DNA of 57,840 nucleotides from NCBI GenBank assembly GCA_010093995.1, contig ML992501.1, forward strand, positions 2,871,194 to 2,929,033. Direction: 5' to 3'. Position 1 is the stretch's first letter. Every line of letters begins with the position of its first letter. The notes under the pieces were generated by a model. The model was not told the DNA's origin. It saw only the letters and a list, made by a program, of their open reading frames with translations, and did no database searches. The DNA comes from Elsinoe ampelina. Its lineage: Eukaryota. This document shows positions 24,279 through 35,019 of the stretch, in pieces. The position numbers were made by a program, and so were the translations under genes.

Positions 24279-27200
24279 ATGTACAACATGATCAAAGTGG
24301 ATCGACTGATACGAGATGGTCTTGAGCTTGTCGCAAGACAGAATATCAATGGCCCAGGTCGACAAGCTCAGACGACGGAATGGAGGGTTGCTGATGTAAG
24401 TATCGATTCGAAGTACGAGCGCCCTTCTGACCGATAGCAGATCATATACGTAGCCATTGTAGGCACTGTCATGCTTGCCGCATTTCTAGAATGGATCTTG
24501 TGGCTTGCGGCCTTTCTCTACTGCCTGGTCAAGGTGTTTCAGAAGGCTGAGAATGCGAGCATTAGAGTCTTGTCTGCTGTCATGATGATATTGTTCACAC
24601 TGCTGAGGTATTGCACTTCAACATAAGAGATATCAGCCTACTGACAGAGCTCAGAGCAATCTTCTTGCCGGTCATGATCGTCACCCTCCCTCTCCCGCCT
24701 CAGTTGACCCAGGAATTCCCAAACGAAATGGTCGTATTCCTTCAATGGTTCGCTTTCTGGACCTTTGCTGGTCTGCTCACGATTCCCTGGCTCATCTGTG
24801 TCTTTCAACTGGTCACGCATTCTGTCGGACGAACACGCAGGATCAAGCACATTCTCAACGAGCGGACTGCTCCAAAGGTGGTCATTGTCATGCCATGCTA
24901 CAAAGAAGTCCCTGAAATTCTCCTAAGAACCGTCGATTCACTGGTCGACTGCGAGTATCCGCCATCCTGCTTGCACATCTTCCTGTCCTTTGACGGAGAC
25001 CAGGAGGACGAATTGTACCTCAACACCATTCAGAAGCTTGGCGTACCCATGACACTCAAGACATATCCGAGAAGCATCGACATAGCATACAGGAGCACCC
25101 GCATCACGGTATCCAGATTTCCTCATGGCGGCAAGCGACATTGTCAGAAGCAGACATTTCGTCTGATCGACAAGATTTATGCAACATATGTCAAACACCA
25201 TGACGACCTCTTTGTTCTCTTCATCGACTCTGACTGTATACTGGACAAAGTGTGCATACAGAACTTCATGTACGAGATGGAATTGAAGCCAGGAAGCGAG
25301 CGGAACATGCTAGCGATGACAGGCGTGATCACTTCAACAACCGAGAAGCACAGTCTCATCACTATACTTCAAGACATGGAGTACATTCATGGCCAGCTGT
25401 TTGAGCGGTCTGTCGAGTCTGGTTGCGGCGCAGTGACTTGTCTGCCCGGAGCGCTCACGATACTGCGATTCTCCGCATTCCGCAAGATGGCCAAGTACTA
25501 CTTTGCGGACAAGGCTGAGCAGTGTGATGATCTGTTCGACTACGGCAAATGCCATCTTGGAGAGGATCGCTGGCTTACCCATCTATTCATGATCGGAGCA
25601 AAGAAACGATACCAGATCCAGATGAACACTGGAGCTTTCTGCAAGACCGAGGCCGTACAGACATTCAGCAGTCTCTTGAAACAACGACGCAGGTGGTTCC
25701 TGGGCTTCATCACCAACGAGGTGTGTATGCTGACAGACGTCCGCCTCTGGAAGCAGTATCCAATCCTCTGCATCGTCCGCTTTGCTCAGAATACCATCAG
25801 AACGACCGCACTGCTCTTCTTTATCATGGCCATCTCACTCATCACTACCTCACAGAAGGTATCACAATTGCCAGTTGGCTTCATCGCAGTTTCCCTCGGT
25901 CTCAACTGGGCTCTGATGTTGTACTTTGCGGCTAAACTAGGACGCTTCAAGATCATGCTGTACCCACTCATGTTTGTCCTCAACCCATTCTTCAATTGGC
26001 TGTACATGATCTACGGCATATTCACCGCAGGACAGCGTACGTGGGGCGGACCTCGTGCTGACGCCGGTGCGGCCGATGCAAAGACAACCCCTGAAGCCGC
26101 CATTGAGCATGCCGAAGCAACTGGCGACGATCTCAATGTCATCCCTGAAACATTCAAGCCTGCCATCGAGTCTGTCACACGTCAAAAGTCCAGAAAGACT
26201 ACCGTTCAGCCTCCTGGCCGGCTGGAAGGTCGCTTTGCCTCCTCTCATCCTGCTGGATCGACCAAGCTGCAATCTGACGAGGAGTCTGGTCTTCCTACTC
26301 TACCTTCAGGTCAATTCTCAGCACCACAATCTCGTCGTCACAGTGCAGAATCATACCTGACCACAAATACCCGCGACCGCTTCTCCGTGGTTACTCCTCT
26401 CCGTGTTGAGTCGTTCGTGAACGCTGCTGACGCTTTGCTGTACCAGCATGCACAAGCCTCTCAACCAGCACCTGGGGGCGCAGCTTACGAGACGCACCAT
26501 GAGAATGGTGATATCAGCACCGCTCGTGGGGTAGATCAAGGAATCGTCAGAGCCAGCACCATCCCGTCTCACTGTAGTAGGCCTCCGCGACCTAGAGTAC
26601 AAACGCATTACAGTAGCTCGAGTGCCTGGAGTAGCGAAGCAAGCAGTCCAGAGGGTTTTCCCACGAGTTTCAACCCTTTCGCTATTACCGGTGGTCGAAG
26701 TGCAAACGATCGAGTTGTGGACAATGCAGAGCAGTCCCCAGCTACAGCAGGTCCGATGGGGTGGCAAGACACTGATGGATGCAACGAGGATCCGCGAGAG
26801 ATGAGATCCAGACGTCTCAGAGCCGGTCAGGCGGTCGAAATGAAGCAAGTGTCCCGAGGTGGTCCAGCAGTACTTCCTCTCAATCAGGCTGAAGCCCACG
26901 TCGAAGCCTCTGGGGAAGCTGAAGGAGGCAAGCGAGTCAGAGGTAAAGGCAAGGGAAGAGCCGTCCTCTCACCCGCAGAAGTCAGAGCCAGAGGTCACGC
27001 CGCGACCACCTCAAGCGAGCAGTCCCAGTCCGAGTCCGAGGGCACCCGAGTCGGTACTTCAAGGCATGAGAGCAGGAGGAGAAAGCTAAGGAGGAGATCC
27101 ACTTCCTCCGGTACTGCCCCCCATCACAGCGACTCACGAAGAGGTAGGAGCTCAGTCCACGCCACAGATAGACGTGGCCATCACGACGGCGAGCCGTCAA

Positions 27201-27403
27201 GTACTCAGACCACAGCCACAAGTGGACTCAGACTAGGCCGCTTCTTCAAGCGACCAACGAGCTCGAGCAGTGCCCAGACGCCAAACGTCGCTCCCCGCCA
27301 TGATCGCGCCTCCCATCGTCCTGAGAGTCGCGGCAGGAGAGGTCCGAACGGCTCAACGGAGAGGGAAAGGAGGAAGCTGGGCAAGACGCGAAGAGAGAAG
27401 TGA
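24279..27403 (+). CDS. Chitin synthase, ChsD-like type without myosin or cytochrome b5 domains, long disordered C-tail
   Basis: LFIDSD, VTCLPG, LGEDRWLT and QRRRW motifs plus RTWGG. Two 5' introns (~24396-24440 and ~24608-24655); start codon 24279 or 24288. Confidence 0.92.
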
Positions 27404-28148
27404 GCTCCTCGTGCCTGATTTCGCTGACCGGTGGGTGTACTAGGGGTGCTAGCTTTGCTGGAAAGGTGGTGGGAGTAGTCAGTCCATCAGCTAGGGCTCA
27501 TGCAATACAAGTACCGGCACTCGCGTCCAGTGCGGCGAGAGGGTCACTTGAGGATATGGCTGGTAGGGAGGATAGGGTCCCCTTGCTCGCCGTTGCGCCT
27601 GACACCCAGGTAGTATAGTCAGTAGCTAGCGGAGCAATCTTTATCGGGGTAAGATATATCCCTGTCGACCCCACCATTGTGTCCCCTCCATCTGCACATT
27701 TCCCCCTGACATTCTAAGAGGGACGGAACCAAGTGAACGTGGAATACATGCATCTCGCTGGCGGACGTATACACAGACACAAAGGACGCAAAGAACACTA
27801 CAGGACAAATTGACAATGCTCGCTTCTATTTCCATAATTCGCTACCTGTTTCCTACTTCCCTACCATTGTTCAACTACTTCCTGCATTCCGCCTCAAAGC
27901 TCTTTCGCGTTACGAGCTCACGTATCTCCCTTCTCGCAGAAGCGCTGAGCTGTAGATACGCCAGGAATGCAAAACTTGTCGTCGTGGAGCTCGCGTGTCC
28001 GTCAGCCTCTCCTTCGTCATTCACAGGGGTGCGTGATCCTTTCTCTCGTACTGGCGCAACGGGTCGTGTGCGCCGGCTTGTCATGATGTACCGGGCAGAT
28101 CATTCATTCTTGACCATCTGATCTCCCGTCTCCCCGTCGGGGGTCCAA

Positions 28149-29085
28149 CTACTGCGCCTTCTTCTGGGGTTGGCCCTGCTGGCTGCCGAGGTAGCGGCTG
28201 AGATCCGTCGCCTGGACTCCTTGAGCCAGGAGACCCTTGACTGTCTGCCAGCCATTTCGTGCAACGGGAGGAATGTCCTGCCTGTTAACCTGGGCATCAA
28301 TGCGAGCGCCGACCTGGGTGATGGCTCCCTGGACGAAAGTGCTCTGAGCGTAGCGGGCGCGGAGGAAGACGGTGTAGGCACCGAGGAGGATCCAGGTACC
28401 CTTGCGGAAGAGGAGGGCGGGGCCGAGAAGACGAAACCAGAGGACAATCTCGAGGATCGCGACGAGGGTCATGCTGCTGTCATAGTAGTCCTTGACGAAG
28501 CGACCAATGGTGTCGGCCAGAGCGCTGTTAGACTTTGGCTTGCCTGGGGAGGCAGGGGTACCAGTGGTGGCTGGGGCAGGGTAAAGAGCGGGGAGCAGGT
28601 TGGAGCGGGTGTAGGTCGCGACGTGGAAGATGGAGTAGACTGCAAAGGGGAAGATGGCCAGAGGGACTTGGTAGGAGATGAGCCAGAAGAGAGCCATCAC
28701 TGGGGAATGGTCAGCAGGCTGCAGCGGTGAATTTGGCCGCAAGCAGTAGTGTACTGCACGGCTGAATGTACTCACATAGGTATTGCACGTTCTCGTCACC
28801 AATGATAGCCAATGGTCCTCCCGTGCCTCGTCCAGCTCGGAAACGTGCCTTTGTGCTCTTGTACACCACGATTCCATACGTGGTAGTAGCAGCCAAGAAA
28901 GCGGTGCGGTAGCTGAAGCGAGACCACCGAGACATGGAGTTGAAGGTGATGTAGCTGAGAACATAGCGGAGAGTTGATAGCAGTAGCGTGACGTGACCGA
29001 CAAACCAGGCGAATTGCAAGTTGTAGGCGAGCGTCATGAGACGTTCTTGGGTGGTAGCTCCTTGAGCTGGGGGAGGTGGTGCCAT
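28149..29085 (-). CDS. POM33: TMEM33/Pom33/Tts1 family ER and nuclear-pore membrane protein
   Basis: MAPPPP...LQFAWFVGH...TYGIVVYK...DENVQYL, one intron (~28775-28711), then FAVYSIFHVATYTR...FLRARY. Confidence 0.85.
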
Positions 29086-29989
29086 GGCTGGATTGTCGAG
29101 CGGTCAGAGGATCTTTGCTGTCGTCAGTCTTGCATCTGAATGTAGTGACGAGGTGGGAATGCTGAGAAGCTGGTGAAATCGAAGTTTGAAGCTCAATTGC
29201 AGCTGCAATGGCAGACAAGAGGGGCAGAAGGAAGCTCTTGTGATCGAGCGACAGCTGGTCTTATCGCGGATGATTTGGGAAGACGAATGAGCAACGTACC
29301 TTTAATGAATTCGCTTCAACCGGTGAGCGTAGAGTAGGAATGGGCCTCAATCGCAATTCTAGGAGCTTCAAACAGGTATAGATGAGCCGGTCGCGGTGTT
29401 GAGGGCGATATCTTGGTGGGAGCACGAGCAGAGAAAGAGGGAAATGGCGAGGGTGAGAGAGACTCGTGTGGCTCTGACCGGGTCAAGCCACAAATGACGC
29501 AGCCGCTGATCATGCGGGCCAATTCGCAACGCACATGCAGAATTCCAAGCTTGCACGCCCGCTTGACAGAAATGTGACATGGCCTGACTGCAATGACTTG
29601 ATACGGCAAAAACATCACTGGTACAAACAATGTCAAACTTTTATAGCAATTGTATTAAACCCGGCAACCTCCCCGCCAGCGCGGAACACTGCCTTTAATC
29701 GATGTAACCCAAATCGTGCTTTTACTCGAGGTATAAAAGGTAGGTTGTGATAAGAGACACCGGTGACGGAGAAGGTACAAAAGAAACGCTTGAAGGTATC
29801 TCAATCTCGAAACCAGTAAAGGACCAACGCTCGTCTCGATCCGGTGGGTGTCGTAAGCCATCCATCACCATGATAAGTTACCCGTACTGTGTCCAGGCCA
29901 GAATGCATGGAGTAACAGCGCAAGTCCAGCAAGATGGCGAAAGTGACCCCAGATCCCTTCTGCGAGACCAGCATCACTACCGTCCTTTT

Positions 29990-31716
29990 TTATCCACGGA
30001 TAGAGAAACCCTTTCTCTTGCCCTTCTCTTCTATCGGACGACCACTTTCGATCCTCGACTTCTTCTCCTCGAGCTCGGCACGCTGCTTGTCGAGATTCTC
30101 CTTCATCTCTCGGTGTCGAGCGTACAACTCTTCCTCGCTCTGCTTGAGCTTCTGCTCCTTCTCCTGCACCTTCTGTTGGAAGACCATCCTCATCTCGCGC
30201 TCCATCTTCTCCAGCTTCTGCTCGTGCAACGACCTCTCCTCCTCCTGCTTGGCAGCCGGGTTGACCTCGCGGAAGACGTTGGGATCCGATTGCATGCCGA
30301 GACCTTCGAGCTTGTCAGATCGGTAGCCTTCATAAAGGTAGTTGTTGGTGTGCTCCTTGAGTTCCTCCATGTGCGTTCGGATGAGCATTTGTCGGAGCTT
30401 GACAAAGTCGCAGTGATCCTCGTTGTCGACTTCGATCGTACCCCAAGGATACTTGCGACCACGGACTCTGCGTCCTTCTGGGGTTGTGACCTCGGTGTTG
30501 GCCCCCACCACAGCGAAAGGAATCTTTGACAGGATTTCGTTGTTTTCGGCGATGGTCTCCTCGTCATCAAGCTCGTAGCGAGGGCCTTCGAAGATCTGAA
30601 TGTTGTGGTGATTAATGTCTGATAAGATCTGGGACGTGTCAGCTCCGCATCGACTTGTGCGTCTGGGACACATACTCTCTGCTTGAATGAAACAATCTCC
30701 TCATCGGTAAGAGTGTCGGATTTGGCAATAACGGGAATCAAGTTGACCTTGGTGTGGAGACGGCGCATAACCTCGACATCCAAGGGTTTGAGCGAATGAC
30801 CGGTTGGCTGAATGAAATAAACGCAGGCGTGGATGCGATTGTCGACAATGTTCATGCGATTGATCTTGTTCTCGGCATCAAGGTAGGCATCAAAGCGCTG
30901 ATCAATGTTCTCCACGATAGGCCTCCAGGAATCGTCGTTGTTAACAAAGTCACCGAAGCCAGGAGTATCGACCACAGTGAGTCGCAGGCGCACACCGTTT
31001 TCCTCAATATCTGCGCTGATGGACTGAACAGCGACAGTCTTTGGCGCAAAGTCGAGAGAGGGCTGCTTACGCTCCTTTGGTGGGTAGAGAGAGGTGTTGA
31101 AGAGGGTGTTGACCAGAGTCGACTTGCCGAGACCAGATTCACCTGGTCGCGTGTCAGATCATCAAGCTCGGTATGATATCAAAGCGCATTATACATACCA
31201 ACAACCATGACGTTGAAGTTGAAACCCTTGCGCACACTCTTGCGATGCCATTGATTTGGTAGATTGGCAAACCCAACAAAGCCCGTCAACTTTCTGCGAA
31301 CAATATTCTTGGTGTCGAGAGCCGCCGCTTGTGCTGCCTTTGCATCTTTTGTGATCACGGATTGACCTTGCTGAGGTGGTTGAGGAGGGGACCCGGCGGG
31401 TACTGTGGGTTTGCCGTTGGGGACTTGAGGACCGGGAGAAGCTCGCGTGGCCGGAGAGGCGGCTACGCCATTGGTCGCTGTAGTTTCTTGGTCAATATTG
31501 TCCTGAGAGAGTATCTTGACATGGAAGGATTCGATGGGCTTGTTGACACGGCCGAGATCGAGGACAATGGTCTGGTGTGAGACCGCAGCCTCATCGGAGG
31601 CACTCATGAGTGACCGTGCTCTTTCAAGTGTGGTTCGATGTTTGAATTTGGCAAATACTCGGCGAGAGCAGGAGGAAGAAGCGCAATGATGATCGAGGGG
31701 AGAGTTACATACCCAT
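29990..31716 (-). CDS. CDC3: Septin, Cdc3/AspB type
   Basis: [53 protein letters not shown] and a C-terminal coiled coil. Exon 1 is ATGG (31716-31713); introns 31712-31478, 31198-31143 and 30675-30629. Confidence 0.93.
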
Positions 31717-32668
31717 TGGGAGAAGTGAAGCTCGTGTTCAGCTAGCTCGACAAAGTAAGGGAAGGAGGTCTGCCGGTCTCGTCAGTGCATGTCCAGAAGG
31801 AAGCTGCGATGAGCGGACTTCGGAGCATCTCAACCCACGACTCGACGATCACTGTTGTAGTCGCGAGGTCGTGTGCGTGATCCAGCTTCGAAGCTCTTCA
31901 ATCGCGGATGCCACGTACCTTTGAGATGTGCTTGTGCGGTCTCGATCGAGACGTTTTGAAAATTCAATGACGCTCAATTGGACTGATTTGCTGTGTAAGG
32001 ATCGTGAGACGGGCAGTCAAATGTGATAGCTTCAGAGTCGAGGGTATGGCGCGCAACGTGTGGTCAGAGGTGTGAACGGACGTTCTTGTTCGGATAGGGG
32101 TCTGAGGTGTAGTTCTGGTGTGGATGGAAGAAGCCGCTCGCCGAAGCGTTCAATCAAAGATGGACCGAGCTCAGATCTTTAATTCAAGCCAATCACACCC
32201 GCCAAATCATCTACAAAGGTGTTGTTCACGGCAAGGAGCTCTGTCCGAGAAGTGGAGATATCTACATGGTTCGAGAGATTCAAGCTTTGTCTATCAGCAC
32301 GGCTGCGGTAATGTGCAACTGTGACACGACGAGATTTTTACTTCGTGCATGGGAAGACCTCTGATGCAGCCATGGGCGGGAAGGGCGTTTTGCATGGAAT
32401 CGACTGCCGAACCACATCATGGATGAAGCTTGTACAGCAGAAATCATAGCTCCAAGGGTCAAAATGTATCCCAGCAGAAGTACCGCATGCTGCGGGTGAC
32501 GTTTCTGTGCTTATGCTGCATACATCGAAAGTTGTTCACTGGTCTGCAGCATTGCGATACGAATCATGTCTCATACTATCAACGTCGCCGGTTGATTCTA
32601 CAATTACCGCGCCATGCCAGACATACTCCTCCAACGCCTTGCTAGTGATATCAAAACTTCTCCGTCTC

Positions 32669-34570
32669 TCATGCGAGATTGGACAACCAAGCATTGAGCT
32701 GATTCTTGTCGTACTTGACATACTTGCCCTTACCTTTATCAATATCATGGTATCTGTCCCAGAAACGACCATATAGCGCCTCGATGAACATTTGCACTTC
32801 TCTCGCGAGCAATGCCCTGGCCTCTTTCTCCATCTTGTAGGATCTGTGTTTCGCAATATTGTCGTCAAAACTAGTGTTGAAATTGCGGAACTTCTCCTTG
32901 ATAGCATCCTTGTCCTTGGAAGAAAGAGACTTGACAACCGCAGCCGAATCTATCGCTTGACCGGTACTAGGAGGTCGTTGGCCTCTGTTGGTGTACTGTA
33001 CGTCAAGAAGGTAGGCACTAGTCTCCTTCCAGACATCCAGATACATTGCAACTGCTTTCTTACGCCACGCTTCAATCTTTGGTTGGGCCGAGTCTAGAAG
33101 AGTCTGTAGTTCAGAAGATCGGATCGCACGCTCTACGATGACGACGTTGTTGAGTAAGAAGACACCTTGTTGACTCTTACTCTTGTATGCAGCGTGTGCT
33201 CGCATCTGAAGATTCGACATGAGCGTCTCGACCATGTCTGAAGCATAGTGTGCAAAGAGCATGTTGCCATCTGGACCAACGTCGAAAGATCTGAGCGAGG
33301 GGCTGTTTGCGAGAGAATTTGAGAGATTTGGAGATGACCATCCGCCGTCACCGAGAGAGGTCAAGATGGATGTGACGGGTGCAAGGTATTCTGTAAGTAA
33401 TTGTAGGCGAGTCATTGCTTCTGTTGAGAGGCTCACGGCGGCAGCATCTTGAGGCAGCGCCGCCATCTCTCTCGCTCGATTGCGGATGTCGCTCAAGAAG
33501 ATGTTGAGCGATGTCTTTGCCGTTTCTCTCAGTGGCTTGCAAGCGTCTGCCATGGCTTGCTTGACTTCCCCAGCTCGCGTACGATTCTCAATCTCCAGCG
33601 AGCTGATCGAGACGACCTCAATGATCTCGTATGCAAGATAGCAGTCAGCCAGTAGATTGTCTTTGATGTGCTTGTCGAGATCTTTGAGAGTCGCCGCAAA
33701 TGCATTCAAAGAGTTTTGACAAGTGAGATGGAAGACCTGGTGACATTCATCCGACTGGAAGACATCCCGAATGCTGTTGAACTCAGCAGAGTATATCCCC
33801 GTGATACCTTGGGCGTAGGTACCAATTGCACAATCACCTCGTTTGTACAGACTGTCCGAATGCTGTTTCCTTGCCGTGCCTATCGAAGCAGTCGCCAGAT
33901 TCTGCAGGCTGTACGTCATGTACTGTCCACGGATATCCGCATAGATCTTGGCTGTTGGCGGCATATTCCTCTGTCCTGATGACATCTCAGAATTGCTCGC
34001 AGAGACGTATTCGTTGATTGTCTGCAATTGGGAGGTCTTGTTGCCAGGTAATCGAGGGAATTCCACGCCTTTGGTTATAAAATGAAGAGGCTCTATTGGC
34101 TGCTGGCCATCTCGGAGTACGTCTCGAAACACCTCTTCCAGCTCACCGATGCCTGCCTTCAAGAGGGTGTTCAGCTCCTGTATTGCCTGCTGATTGGATC
34201 GAAGATTTGTCTGCTTCATCTCTCGCAGTGCCTGCCGTGTGCGATCTATCGAGGCCATGTAGTCCTGTAGCCCAACTCTTTGCGGCTTGTTCCTAATGAT
34301 GCGCTCTTCGCGATTCCGCATATCGAGCGGTTCACGTATTCTATCAATCGCGTTGATGATCATGTCTATGTTGTGGTTGGTTGTTTGCAGCTTTTGCGTG
34401 TTGCCGTACACAGGACCAATCGCATCCTGTACAGTTCTTCCGCTGGTCTCCAATCGACCCATTGATGCCTGTATCTTCCTAGTCAAGCTCTTCATCTTGT
34501 CGAGATTGGCGAAGAGCACCTCGACTTCGGCGCTCTCCTCGGCGAAAGCATCTTTGCGAAGACCCGGCAT
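32669..34570 (-). CDS. EXO70: Exocyst complex subunit Exo70
   Basis: 633-aa intronless ORF: AFAEESAEVEVL, GVFLLNN, SKDKDAIKEKFRNFN, YGRFWDRY...KYVKY. Confidence 0.93.
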   Translation of the reverse strand: MPGLRKDAFAEESAEVEVLFANLDKMKSLTRKIQASMGRLETSGRTVQDAIGPVYGNTQKLQTTNHNIDMIINAIDRIREPLDMRNREERIIRNKPQRVGLQDYMASIDRTRQALREMKQTNLRSNQQAIQELNTLLKAGIGELEEVFRDVLRDGQQPIEPLHFITKGVEFPRLPGNKTSQLQTINEYVSASNSEMSSGQRNMPPTAKIYADIRGQYMTYSLQNLATASIGTARKQHSDSLYKRGDCAIGTYAQGITGIYSAEFNSIRDVFQSDECHQVFHLTCQNSLNAFAATLKDLDKHIKDNLLADCYLAYEIIEVVSISSLEIENRTRAGEVKQAMADACKPLRETAKTSLNIFLSDIRNRAREMAALPQDAAAVSLSTEAMTRLQLLTEYLAPVTSILTSLGDGGWSSPNLSNSLANSPSLRSFDVGPDGNMLFAHYASDMVETLMSNLQMRAHAAYKSKSQQGVFLLNNVVIVERAIRSSELQTLLDSAQPKIEAWRKKAVAMYLDVWKETSAYLLDVQYTNRGQRPPSTGQAIDSAAVVKSLSSKDKDAIKEKFRNFNTSFDDNIAKHRSYKMEKEARALLAREVQMFIEALYGRFWDRYHDIDKGKGKYVKYDKNQLNAWLSNLA

Positions 34571-35019
34571 AGCTTGGTGTCCTGCCGGGTTTCTGAGGGG
34601 GAGGGGGGTGTAATGGTCGTGCTAATCACAACGGGAGGTGAACGCACACTGCTCAAAGGATGCAGATACAGAAAGCTATGTCCCAGAAATAGTTGGGGTC
34701 GATGTGGACGTGGAGTAGCGGACACCGAATCGAAGAAAACCACGTGACAAAGGAGGTGGAGGACAAGGTTGGATCTGCAAGGTCCAGAGCTTTGACCAAG
34801 CGTTCAGGAGCAAAATCAAGGTCAACGAGAATAAATCGCGTTCGGTCATTGCACGTCACAGGCGCAACAATTTTTTAATGAGGGACATCCCTCGCTGTTC
34901 CTGGCGATCGTCGACCGCAGCGGAGTTTGTGTCCGCTGATAATTGATGTGGTTGGGTAGAAATTCACTTCTTTGAACGCTTTCACGTTGCGTTGAGCTTG
35001 ACATGGTCGGACGGCAGAG

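Noticed and set aside
22269..27403. Secondary-metabolite cluster around the P450
   Set aside because: No PKS, NRPS, terpene synthase or cluster regulator in the window; the neighbours are RPL3 and chitin synthase.
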